From: Caulobacter sp.
GTDB lineage: Bacteria > Pseudomonadota > Alphaproteobacteria > Caulobacterales > Caulobacteraceae
NCBI GenBank assembly: GCA_021741355.1
Contig: JAIOXZ010000012.1
Location: 18,409 to 82,408, forward strand
DNA length: 64,000 nt
Direction of reading: 5' to 3'
The translations under genes were made by a program, and so were the position numbers. Below the pieces are notes generated by a model, which worked only from the letters and a program-made list of their open reading frames with translations, was not told the origin of the DNA and searched no databases. Below are positions 54,862-64,000 of the stretch, piece by piece (position 1 is the first letter of the stretch; each line of letters starts with the position of its first letter).

Positions 54862-56799
54862 ATGGACGGTACGAGCAACCTGGCGATCCAGTACGACACC
54901 CCGGCCTACGCCGGGTCGTACGCCGCCGCGCCCGAGCGTGAACACCTGCCGGCGCCCGCCCCCCTGGCCATGCCGCGCCAGCCGCTGCTGGATGGCGGCG
55001 TCATGGCCGACCGCGCGCCGCTGACCTCGCCCGCCGACATCGTTCGCCGCCGCACCATCCTGTTCACCGCCACCCTGCTGCTGACGGCCCTCGCCTCGTG
55101 GGAGCCAGTCCGGCTCTACGCCAAGGACGGCTTCCTGCCGTTCGAGGTCCTGGGCCTGGGCCTGTTCCTGGTCCTGATCACCGCCATCTCCTGCTGGTTC
55201 TGCAGCGCCGTCATCGGCATGACCCTGCTGCTGACCCAAGGCGACAAGGATGAACTGGGCTTCGGCGACGTCGCGCCCCGGCCGACCGTGCGCACCGCCC
55301 TCTTGATGCCGCTCTACAATGAGGACGCCCAGGCCTCGTTCGGCCGCCTTGCGCAGATCGAGCGCTCGCTGTCCCAGCTGAGCGTGACCCAGGCGTTCGA
55401 CATCTTCGTCCTCAGCGACACCACCGACGACCGCGTCGCCGTCAGCGAGTGGGCGGCGTTCCAGACATTCCGCCTGCAGTCCAACTGCCGCGTCTATTAC
55501 CGCCGTCGCCGGGAGAATACCGAGCGCAAGGTCGGCAACCTGTCGGAGTGGGTCCGTCGTTTCGGCGGCGCCTACAGCCACATGATCGTGCTCGACGCCG
55601 ATAGCACCATGACCGGCGAGACCATCCTGCATCTGGTCGACGGCATGGAGCGTCATCCCGGCATCGGCCTGATCCAGACCACCCCGGCGATCGTCGAGGG
55701 CAAGACCCTGTTCGCCCGCGCCTCGCAGTTCGGCGTGCGTCTGTACGGCCGCGTCGCCTCCGCGGGCCTGGCCTGGTGGTCCGGTTCGGAGGCCAGCTAC
55801 TGGGGCCACAACGCGATCGTCCGCGTCCGCGCCTTCGCCGACTGCTGCGGCCTGCCCAGCCTGCCGGGCCGCAAGCCGTTCGGCGGCCACATCATGAGCC
55901 ACGATGTCGTCGAGGCCGGCCTGCTGCGCCGCGGCGGCTGGGGTGTGCATGTCACCCCGACCCTGACCGGCAGCTACGAAGAGACCCCGCCCAGCCTGCT
56001 GGAGTTCATGAAGCGCGAGCGCCGCTGGTGCCAGGGCAACCTGCAGCACATCGCCCTGCTCCGCGCGCCGGGCCTGCACTGGATGAGCCGCTTCCAGCTG
56101 GTCGTCGGCTTGATGGCCTATCTGGCCTCGCCGATCTGGCTGCTGTCGCTGATCGCCGGCCTGTACATCCAGATCCACAACAAGCCCGACTGGGGTTCGT
56201 GGTGGTACTTCCTGCATCCCGAGCTCAACCCGATGCTCTGGGCCTCCCTGCTGACCACCGGCATGCTGCTGGGCCCCAAGCTGATGGGCGTGGCCCTCGT
56301 GCTGAGCCGCCCGCAGGAGCGTCGCGCCTACGGCGGGACCAAGGTGCTGCTGAAGAGTGTCGTGGCCGAGATGGGCCTCTCCGCCCTGACCGCCCCGATC
56401 TACATGATCGGCAACACCCGGGCGGTGTTCGAAATCCTCATGGGCAAGGACGCCGGCTGGCACGCTCAGAACCGCGACGCTGACGGCCTGTCGCTGGCCG
56501 ACGCCAAGGTCAGCTTCCGCAACGAGTTCTTCGCCGGCATGTTCTTCCTGACCGCGCTGGCGATGCGGCCCGACCTGCTGCTGTGGATCTGGCCGATCTT
56601 CGTGCCGATGCTGCTCGCCCCGCGGATCGCCGCCTGGACCTCCAGCCGCGCCGCCGGCCAGAAGGCCTTCAACGCCGGCCTGCTGATCACCCCGGAAGAG
56701 CGCGCGGCGATGGCGGCCACGGTCGAAACGCACAAGGGCGCCGAAGTGGTCCCGATGCCGGTCCGCACGGTCAACCCGGCGCTGATGGCGGCGGAGTAG
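54862..56799 (+). CDS. opgH: glucans biosynthesis glucosyltransferase H
   Basis: MPLYNED, LSDT, RKVGN, VLDADS, YWGHNAI, SHDVVEA, RERRWCQGNLQH. Confidence 0.95.
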   Translation: MDGTSNLAIQYDTPAYAGSYAAAPEREHLPAPAPLAMPRQPLLDGGVMADRAPLTSPADIVRRRTILFTATLLLTALASWEPVRLYAKDGFLPFEVLGLGLFLVLITAISCWFCSAVIGMTLLLTQGDKDELGFGDVAPRPTVRTALLMPLYNEDAQASFGRLAQIERSLSQLSVTQAFDIFVLSDTTDDRVAVSEWAAFQTFRLQSNCRVYYRRRRENTERKVGNLSEWVRRFGGAYSHMIVLDADSTMTGETILHLVDGMERHPGIGLIQTTPAIVEGKTLFARASQFGVRLYGRVASAGLAWWSGSEASYWGHNAIVRVRAFADCCGLPSLPGRKPFGGHIMSHDVVEAGLLRRGGWGVHVTPTLTGSYEETPPSLLEFMKRERRWCQGNLQHIALLRAPGLHWMSRFQLVVGLMAYLASPIWLLSLIAGLYIQIHNKPDWGSWWYFLHPELNPMLWASLLTTGMLLGPKLMGVALVLSRPQERRAYGGTKVLLKSVVAEMGLSALTAPIYMIGNTRAVFEILMGKDAGWHAQNRDADGLSLADAKVSFRNEFFAGMFFLTALAMRPDLLLWIWPIFVPMLLAPRIAAWTSSRAAGQKAFNAGLLITPEERAAMAATVETHKGAEVVPMPVRTVNPALMAAE

Positions 56800-56805
56800 G
56801 CCCCC

Positions 56806-56985
56806 CTTCCTCTCCCTGTTGGGAGAGGGGGACCATGCGAAGCATGGTGGAGTGGGAAGCGCGGCCATGAGCCGGGCAATCGTGATGATCGAGATGCTGC
56901 GAAGCGCGCTGCAACGGGTCCGCCAGAGGCGTGTCCCTCACCACCACCCTGCGGGTGGTCCCCCTCTCCCAAGCGGGAGAGGAAG
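56806..56985. repeat. CIR-type repeat with a long central spacer
   Basis: CTTCCTCTCCC...GGGAGAGGAAG terminal inverted repeats; GGACCATGCGAAGCATGG inner hairpin. Confidence 0.85.
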
Positions 56986-56987
56986 AC

Positions 56988-58838
56988 TCAAGCCGGTTCG
57001 GCCACCTTCGCGCCGGCGCCTTCCAGCCGCGCCTTCAGGGCGTTCAGCTGGCTCCAGAGCTCGGCCGGCATGCGGTCGCCGAACTTCTCGTAGAAGGCCG
57101 GGATCAGCGAGGCTTCCTCGCGCCACACATCCACATCGACCGTCTTGAGCAGGCGGACCTGCGCCTCGGTGAGGCCGAGGCCGACCGTATCGAGCGAGCC
57201 CGGCGCCGGGACGCGGCCGATGGCGGTGTCGACCGCCTGGGCGTCGCCCTCAAGCCGCTCAAAGATCCACTTGAGCACCCGGCTGTTCTCGCCGTAGCCC
57301 GGCCAGACGAAGCGACCGTCCGCGCCCTTGCGGAACCAGTTGACCATGAAGATGCGCGGCAGCTTCTCGGGGTCGGCGTTGCCGCCGACCTTCAGCCAGT
57401 GGCCGAAGTAGTCGCCCATATTGTAGCCGCAGAACGGCAGCATCGCGAACGGGTCGCGGCGCAGCTCGCCGACCTTGTTCTCGGCCGCGGCGGTGCCTTC
57501 CGAGGCGACCGTCGAGCCCATGAACACGCCGTGCGCCCAGTCGAAGGCTTCGGTTACCAGCGGCACGGCGCTGGCGCGACGGCCGCCAAACAGGATCGCG
57601 CTGATCGGCACGCCCCGGGGATCATCCCACTCCGTCGCGATCACCGGACATTGCGCGGCGTCGACGGCGAAGCGGGCGTTCGGATGGGCGGCGGGCTCGG
57701 GGCTTTCGGGCGTCCAGGGCCGGCCGCGCCAGTCGGTCAGGTGCGCAGGCTTGTCGTCAGTCAGGCCTTCCCACCAGACGTCGCCGTCCTCGGTCATGGC
57801 CACGTTGGTGAAGATGACGTTCCGGTCGAGCGCCTCGATGGCGTTGCGGTTGGTGCCGATGCCGGTGCCCGGCGCCACGCCGAAGAAGCCGGCTTCCGGG
57901 TTGATCGCATAGAGCCGGCCGTCCTCGCCGAAACGCATCCAGCAGATGTCGTCGCCGATCGTCTCGGCCTTCCAGCCGGGAATCGTCGGCTGCAGCATGG
58001 CCAGGTTGGTCTTGCCGCAGGCGCTGGGGAAGGCCGCCGCCACGAAGCGCACCGCGCCCTTGGGGCTGGTCAGCTTGAGGATCAGCATGTGCTCGGCCAG
58101 CCATCCCTCGTCGCGGGCCATGACGCTGGCGATGCGCAGGGCGTAGCACTTCTTCCCGAGCAGGGCGTTGCCGCCATAGCCCGAGCCGTAGGACCAGATC
58201 TCGCGGGTCTCGGGATAGTGGACGATGTATTTGATCTCGTTGCAGGGCCACGGCACGTCGGCCTGGCCTTCCGCGAGCGGCGCACCCAGGGAATGGACGG
58301 CCGGCACGAAGAAGCCGTCCTCGCCCATCTGGTCCAGGGCCTGCTTGCCCATGCGGGTCATCACCCGCATCGAGACGGCGACATAGGCGCTGTCGGTGAT
58401 TTCAACGCCGAGCGCGCTGATCGGCGAGCCGATCGGACCCATGCTGAACGGTACGACGTACATGGTGCGGCCGCGCATGCAGCCGTCGAACAGCAGCTTC
58501 AGGTCGGCCCGCATTTCCGACGGGTCGAGCCAGTTGTTGGTCGGTCCGGCGTCGATCTCCTTCTCGGAGCAGATGAAGGTGCGGCTCTCGACCCGCGCCA
58601 CGTCCTTGGGATCGGAGGCGGCGTAGAAGCTGTTGGGGCGCTTTTCCGGATTCAGGCGCTTGAGCGTGCCGGCTTCGATCAGCAGTTCGGTCAGAGCGTC
58701 CCACTCCGCGTCCGACCCGTCGCACCAGTGTACGCGCGCCGGCTTCGTGAGCGCGGCGATCTCCCGCACCCAGGCGATCAGTCGTGCATGTCTGGTCGGA
58801 GCCTGGTCCAGGCCCGGAACAATTGATTCGCCGCCCAT
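56988..58838 (-). CDS. pckG: phosphoenolpyruvate carboxykinase (GTP)
   Basis: [60 protein letters not shown]. Confidence 0.96.
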   Translation of the reverse strand: MGGESIVPGLDQAPTRHARLIAWVREIAALTKPARVHWCDGSDAEWDALTELLIEAGTLKRLNPEKRPNSFYAASDPKDVARVESRTFICSEKEIDAGPTNNWLDPSEMRADLKLLFDGCMRGRTMYVVPFSMGPIGSPISALGVEITDSAYVAVSMRVMTRMGKQALDQMGEDGFFVPAVHSLGAPLAEGQADVPWPCNEIKYIVHYPETREIWSYGSGYGGNALLGKKCYALRIASVMARDEGWLAEHMLILKLTSPKGAVRFVAAAFPSACGKTNLAMLQPTIPGWKAETIGDDICWMRFGEDGRLYAINPEAGFFGVAPGTGIGTNRNAIEALDRNVIFTNVAMTEDGDVWWEGLTDDKPAHLTDWRGRPWTPESPEPAAHPNARFAVDAAQCPVIATEWDDPRGVPISAILFGGRRASAVPLVTEAFDWAHGVFMGSTVASEGTAAAENKVGELRRDPFAMLPFCGYNMGDYFGHWLKVGGNADPEKLPRIFMVNWFRKGADGRFVWPGYGENSRVLKWIFERLEGDAQAVDTAIGRVPAPGSLDTVGLGLTEAQVRLLKTVDVDVWREEASLIPAFYEKFGDRMPAELWSQLNALKARLEGAGAKVAEPA

Positions 58839-59105
58839 CACCGGCGTCCTCCTTGTAACGGGCGTCTCGAAACCGGCCTTTGATGGCTCTTGTGTCGACG
58901 CCTTGCGCAGGGGTCTTCGGTAACGGGCGAGGGCCGCGCGGGCAAGCTGAAAGCGCTTGTGTCCATCGTCTGGACAAGGACTTTGGGTGGGAAATCACCG
59001 TTGCCGTAACGTCGCCCGCCCGGGCGTGGCACGCACAGGGCGATGTCCGTTGCGCCGCGCCGCGTCAGCGAACAGGATCGCCGCTGAACCATCCCGGGGA
59101 GTCGG

Positions 59106-61220
59106 ATGCGCTGGATCTGGAGAGGCCTGCTCGCTGTCGCGGGGCTGGCGCTGGGCGTTGTCGTCACGGTGCTGCTCGTCAGCGCGGTCGGCGCGCCGCG
59201 CAAGGCCGACCTGACGCCGCTGATCGAGACGGCGCGCAACTACGACGTGGTCATTCGCCGCGACCGGTTCGGGGTGCCGCATATCCTCGGCAAGACCGAT
59301 GCGGACGCGGCCTTCGGCCTGGCCTTCGCCCATTCGGAGGACGACTTCGAGACCATCCAGACCGTCGCCCTCGCCACGCGCGGAACCCTGGCCGCCAGCG
59401 AAGGCCTCAAGGCCGCGCCGGGCGACTACATTGTCAGCCTGCTGGGGGTCTGGAAGACGATCGACGCGAAGTACGACCGCGACCTACCCGCTGACGTGAA
59501 GGCGGTGCTGCAGGCCTACGCAGACGGGGTGAACTACTACGCCGCGCGCAATCCCGGGAAGGTGACGCCCGGCCTGCTGCCCCTGACCGGCAAGGACATC
59601 GCCGCCGGCTTCGTGTTCAAGACGCCGTTCTTCTACGGCCTGGACGGTGAACTGAAGCGACTGACCAACGCCACCGAGGACGGCCTGCCCAAGGGCTCCA
59701 ACGGCGTGGCGATCGCGCCGTCCCGGTCGTCGGACGGCGCGACGCGTCTGCTGGTCAACTCGCATCAGCCCTACAGCGGCCCGGTCGCATGGTACGAGGC
59801 GGTGGTCGAGAGCGGCGAAGGCTGGCACGTGGCCGGCGGGTTTTTCCCCGGCTCGCCGTTCATGCTGCACGGTCACAACGCTGACCTGGGGTGGGCCAAC
59901 ACGGTCAACAATCCCGATCTCGTCGACATCTACCGGCTGACGATCAATCCGGAGAACAAGGACGAGTACCGCCTCGACGGCAAATGGCGGAAGCTCGACA
60001 AGTCCACGGCGAAGCTGCGCGTCAAGCTGTGGGGGCCGTTCAGTTGGACGGTCAGCAAGGAGGTGCTGGGTTCCGCCCATGGCCCGGTGATGCGGACGAA
60101 GGGCGGAACGTTCGCGATCCGCTACGCCGGCATGGATACCGTCCGACAGCCGCTGCAGTACTGGCGGCTCGACAAGGCCCGCTCGCTCGAGGAGTGGAAG
60201 GCGGCGATGGCGCTGCAGGCCCTGCCGAGCATCAACTACGTCTACGCGGACGCGAAGGGCAACGTCGGCTACGTCTACAACGGCCTGTTCCCGAAGCGCC
60301 GCGAGGGCGTCAACTGGTCCGGCGTCCTGCCCGGCGACAGGTCGGACCTGATCTGGACCGGCTACCTGCCGTTCGACCAGGTCCCGCAGGTCTGGCAGCC
60401 GAAAGGCGGTCTGGTGTTCAACGCCAACAACACGCCGTTCGAGGCCACCGCGTTCGGCGATGGCCTGGACCCCTACGCCTTCAGCCCGACCATGGGCATC
60501 CAGACCAACATGACCAACCGTTCGCTGCGGCTGGTGGAGACCTTCGCGGCCGACGACCAGATCACGCCCGAAGAGTTCCGCGCCTGGAAGTTCGACACGG
60601 CCTACAGCCACCGCTCGTCGGTCGCGGCGGTGGTCGGCGAACTGCTGGCGCTGGATCCCAAGGGCGACGAGGAGATCATCGCCGCCCAGGCCATCCTCGC
60701 CCGCTGGGACTACACGACGAAGGTCACCAGCCGTGGCGCGGCGCTGGCCATCCTGACCGCCCAGCCGGTGATCACGGCCCGCGACAGCCACGATCCCAAA
60801 GGCCCGACCCCGCGCAAGGCACTGCTTGAGACGATCAAGCTGCTGAAGACCAACTTCGGCCGGCTCGACCCCGAATGGGGCAAGGTGAACCGCATCCGCC
60901 GCGGCCGGGTCGACCTGCCGATCGACGGCGGGCCGGACACCCTGCGCGCCGTCTATGGCAAGCCCGGCGACGACGGCCGGCTGACCGCGCTCGCGGGCGA
61001 CACCTTCATCATGTTCGTCAGCTGGGACCGCAACGGCGTCCTCTCCAGCCAGAGCATCCACCAGTTCGGCACGGCGACGATGGACGCTTCGAAGGCGCAC
61101 TACAGCGACCAGGCCCCGCTGTTCGCCGCGATGCGCTTCAAGCCGGTGCTGTTCACCGAAGCGCAGCTCGCGGGCAATGTGGTGGAGACCTATCGGCCGG
61201 GGCAGCGGGCGGCAAAGTAA
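59106..61220 (+). CDS. penicillin acylase family (Ntn hydrolase, S45)
   Basis: RDRFGVPHI, GSNGVAI catalytic Ser, NSHQP, GWANTVN, FNANN. Confidence 0.92.
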   Translation: MRWIWRGLLAVAGLALGVVVTVLLVSAVGAPRKADLTPLIETARNYDVVIRRDRFGVPHILGKTDADAAFGLAFAHSEDDFETIQTVALATRGTLAASEGLKAAPGDYIVSLLGVWKTIDAKYDRDLPADVKAVLQAYADGVNYYAARNPGKVTPGLLPLTGKDIAAGFVFKTPFFYGLDGELKRLTNATEDGLPKGSNGVAIAPSRSSDGATRLLVNSHQPYSGPVAWYEAVVESGEGWHVAGGFFPGSPFMLHGHNADLGWANTVNNPDLVDIYRLTINPENKDEYRLDGKWRKLDKSTAKLRVKLWGPFSWTVSKEVLGSAHGPVMRTKGGTFAIRYAGMDTVRQPLQYWRLDKARSLEEWKAAMALQALPSINYVYADAKGNVGYVYNGLFPKRREGVNWSGVLPGDRSDLIWTGYLPFDQVPQVWQPKGGLVFNANNTPFEATAFGDGLDPYAFSPTMGIQTNMTNRSLRLVETFAADDQITPEEFRAWKFDTAYSHRSSVAAVVGELLALDPKGDEEIIAAQAILARWDYTTKVTSRGAALAILTAQPVITARDSHDPKGPTPRKALLETIKLLKTNFGRLDPEWGKVNRIRRGRVDLPIDGGPDTLRAVYGKPGDDGRLTALAGDTFIMFVSWDRNGVLSSQSIHQFGTATMDASKAHYSDQAPLFAAMRFKPVLFTEAQLAGNVVETYRPGQRAAK

Positions 61221-61821
61221 TGAAGCTCTACTGGCACCCGGTTTCGCTGATGCCCTGGCGAGTGCGTATCGCCCTCGCCGAAAAGGGACTGGCGTACGAG
61301 GAGGTGGTCATCGACCTGCCGGGCGGCGGCTCTCACCAGCCTGAGTTCCTCGCCCTCAATCCGTCCGGCAGGTTCCGGTGCTGGAAGACGAGGGAATGGC
61401 GTTCGCGGAGTCGACCGCCATCCTGGAATATCTCGAGGACGAACACCCCGAGCCGCCCCTGATGCCCTCTTCCGCCCAGGCGCGGGCCGATGTTCGCCAG
61501 CTGATGTGCTGGAGCAACGGCCCCTGGATGATGTCGTGGAAGCGCTGGGTGGCGCCCGCCTCGATGGGATTCCCCGATACCGCCGAAATGCGGGCGCAGG
61601 GCCGCGCCGAACTCGAACACCATGTCGCCCTTCTGGCCGCCCGGCTGGAGCGGGCGCCCTGGCTGGCCGGCGACTACTCGCTTGCCGACATCTGCTATGC
61701 GCCGCTGGTGCTCATGGCGGAGCGGATGGGCCTGTCGGTCGAACCGGCCGTCGCTGACTGGCAGGACCGACTGCGCGCGCGGCCGGCGGTGCGGGCCGCG
61801 ATGGGCCCGATTCTCGGCTGA
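61220..61821 (+). pseudogene. glutathione S-transferase with a 1-nt frameshift near 61370
   Basis: Frame 1 MKLYWHPVS...LALNPSG; the expected VPVLEDEG..AESTAILEYLED continues in another frame. Confidence 0.8.
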
Positions 61822-61871
61822 CGCCGGGTCACGGTTGCGGCGGGACGCCAGATCGTTAGCGTCTGCCGGCG

Positions 61872-62951
61872 ATGACGCCGACCCAGAACCCCTACGCCGC
61901 GGTTGCGGACAGTCTGCAGTCCGCCCGGGCCCTGCCCGGCCCGGCCTATGTCGATCCGGCTGTGTTCGCCGAGGAGCGCCAGCGGGTATTCGCCGCGGGC
62001 TGGCTGCCCGTTGCGCGGGTCAGCGACCTTGCCGCGCCGGGCGACTACCGCTCCGCCGACCTGGCCGGAACGCCGGTGGTCGCGACCCGCGACAAGGCCG
62101 GGGACCTGCACGTCCTCTCGCGCGCGTGCCGGCATCGGGGCATGCCGGTTGTCCAGGGCGCCGGCAATGCGGCCAGCCTCAACTGCCCGTACCATCTCTG
62201 GCGCTACGGCCTCGACGGCCGGCTGCTCTCGGCGCCGGCGATGGACCAGTCGACGGCCTTCGACGTCGAAGCCTGCGCCCTGCCCGCCGTTCGTCATGAG
62301 GTCTGGGGCGGCTGGCTGTTCGCCAATCTCGACGGCGCCGCCCTGCCCTTGGCCGAAGCCCTGGCGCCGCTGGCCGAACGACTGGCGCCCCTGAACCCCG
62401 ACCGGCTCGTCACGGCCGGCGTGCTGACCTATGAATCGCCGTGGAACTGGAAGGTGATGGTCGAGAACTTCCTCGAGTCCTATCACCACATCGGACCGCA
62501 CGCGGCGAGCCTGCAGCAGACCAATCCAGGCCTTTCGACCCGGGCGACCAGCGACAGCGACCGGTTCAGCATCCTCGAGAACCCCGGCGCCTCCGACGAC
62601 ATCGGCAGCTTCGTGGTGGCCGTCGCCTTTCCCGCCACCCTGATGTTTTTCACCGAAGGCGTGGCGCCGTTCGGGGTCTGGTACGAGCTCTGCGACATCG
62701 GCCCGACGCGGTTCACGCTGAATATCCACATGCTGGCCCCGCCCGAACTGGCCGCCGTGCCCGAGATCGTGGCGGAATTCCGCGACCAGGTCGCCGCCGT
62801 GCATGGCGAGGACATTCCGGTCTGCGAGGGCGTCCAGAGGGGCGTCAGCGGCGACCTCTACACGCCAGGCCCGCTCAGCCACCTCGAAGCGGGTCTATGG
62901 GCCTTTCACCGGCATCTCGCCGCCTGTTTCAACTCCGGGAGTTCGACATGA
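61872..62951 (+). CDS. Rieske non-heme iron oxygenase alpha subunit
   Basis: CRHRG...CPYH Rieske motif; NWKVMVENFLESYHH; EDIPVCEGVQRG. Confidence 0.93.
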   Translation: MTPTQNPYAAVADSLQSARALPGPAYVDPAVFAEERQRVFAAGWLPVARVSDLAAPGDYRSADLAGTPVVATRDKAGDLHVLSRACRHRGMPVVQGAGNAASLNCPYHLWRYGLDGRLLSAPAMDQSTAFDVEACALPAVRHEVWGGWLFANLDGAALPLAEALAPLAERLAPLNPDRLVTAGVLTYESPWNWKVMVENFLESYHHIGPHAASLQQTNPGLSTRATSDSDRFSILENPGASDDIGSFVVAVAFPATLMFFTEGVAPFGVWYELCDIGPTRFTLNIHMLAPPELAAVPEIVAEFRDQVAAVHGEDIPVCEGVQRGVSGDLYTPGPLSHLEAGLWAFHRHLAACFNSGSST

Positions 62952-64000
62952 GCGACTACCATGACGTGGTCATCGTCGGCGGCGGCATCGGGGGTTCGGC
63001 CCTCGCCGCGAGCCTGGCGGCGGCCGGCGTCGACGTGCTGTTGCTGGAACAGACCGAGGTCTACCAGGACCGGGTTCGCGGCGAGTGGATCGCCCCCTGG
63101 GGCGTGACGGAGGTCCGTCGCATGGGACTGCTGGACGTTCTGCGGGACGCCGGCGGCCACTATGTCACCCGCCACGTCACCTACGACGAGACTCGCACGC
63201 CGGAAGAGGCCGAGGCCAGAACGCTGCCGCTGGGCATGTTCGCGCCCGAGGTGCCCGGTCCCCTGACCCTTGGCAATCCACACCACTGCCGGACCCTGTT
63301 CGACGAGGCGGCGCGCCGTGGCGCCACAACGCTGCGCGGGGCCATGGTCACGGCCGTGACGCCAGGCGCTACGCCGGCGGTCACCTTCCTGCACAACGAT
63401 ATCGAGAAAACGGTCCGCTGCCGGCTGATCGTCGGCGCCGATGGCCGCACCTCGCAGGTCCGGGAGGCCAGCGGCATCCATCTGAATCAGGACAAACCGC
63501 ACCACTGGTTCGCCGGCATGCTGGTCGACAAGGCCCCCGACTGGCCTGACGACCTGCAGGCGATTGGCACGGAAGACGACTTCAACTTCCTCGCCTTCCC
63601 CCAGGGTGACGGCAAGGTGCGCCTCTACGGCGGTTATCCGCTGGAACAGAACCGGCGGTTCTCCGGTCCCGAAGGCCCGCGCAAGTTCCTCGACGCCTTC
63701 CGCGTCAGCTGCAGCCCGATCAACGAGACCCTGGTCGCCGGCGAGCCGGCCGGGCCGGTGCTCAGCTTCTTCAACAACGACACCTGGACCGACCAGCCCT
63801 TTGCCGAGGGCGTGGTGCTGATCGGCGACGCGGCGGGCTGGAACGACCCGATCGTCGGCCTTGGCCAGTCAATCACCTACCGCGACGCCCGAACGGTGCG
63901 CGACGTGCTGGTCGGTGGAACCGACTGGTCGCCCGCCGCCTTCGCCGACTATGGCGCCGAGCGGACCGAACGCATGCGTCGCCTGCGGTTCTGCGCCTCG
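62948..64000 (+). CDS. FAD-dependent oxidoreductase/monooxygenase (3' end beyond window)
   Basis: Manual translation from ATG 62948 (ATGA overlap): VGGGIGGSALA, DRVRGEW, GADGRTS, LIGDAAGWNDP. Confidence 0.88.
   Translation, partial: MSDYHDVVIVGGGIGGSALAASLAAAGVDVLLLEQTEVYQDRVRGEWIAPWGVTEVRRMGLLDVLRDAGGHYVTRHVTYDETRTPEEAEARTLPLGMFAPEVPGPLTLGNPHHCRTLFDEAARRGATTLRGAMVTAVTPGATPAVTFLHNDIEKTVRCRLIVGADGRTSQVREASGIHLNQDKPHHWFAGMLVDKAPDWPDDLQAIGTEDDFNFLAFPQGDGKVRLYGGYPLEQNRRFSGPEGPRKFLDAFRVSCSPINETLVAGEPAGPVLSFFNNDTWTDQPFAEGVVLIGDAAGWNDPIVGLGQSITYRDARTVRDVLVGGTDWSPAAFADYGAERTERMRRLRFCAS

Noticed and set aside
58900-58960. Glycine riboswitch upstream of pckG (CTTTCAG and CCGAAG on the minus strand)
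   Set aside because: The motifs are in the wrong order and the GGAGA/CTCT elements of the aptamer are missing.

Overview
High-GC alphaproteobacterial chromosome segment, most consistent with Caulobacteraceae (Phenylobacterium/Caulobacter-like: ShpA-type Hpt gene, CIR-type palindromic repeats). It is densely coding, with about 60 CDS and two tRNAs (Val-CAC, Lys-CTT). Housekeeping genes include ilvD (partial), class II DAHP synthase, gor, rpiA, glmU, folD, the cobA/cysG-DUF2849-cysI-DUF934-cysH sulfate-reduction operon, GTP-type PEP carboxykinase, opgC/opgH and an Mla/Mce-type ABC operon. Accessory content includes a carotenoid cluster (crtY-crtI-crtB convergent with crtE-ABC-ABC-crtZ), a truncated KdpD/KdpE pair facing kup, vapBC and hicAB modules, and an sphBC-like oxidase/cytochrome pair. 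The most striking non-gene structure is at least four families of palindromic repeats. One family forms doublets on both sides of a small GIY-YIG nuclease gene. That cassette is bracketed by a 23-bp exact direct repeat of the glutathione peroxidase 5' end and looks like an insertion that replaced the gene's 5' end. Two other palindromes lie in-frame inside protein-coding genes. Other candidates are a KdpE-like box upstream of kup, an ABC-2 exporter translationally coupled between crtE and crtZ, and an orphan minus-strand sRNA. No CRISPR array, integrase or transposase was seen. All family assignments come from motif recognition by eye; no database searches were run.
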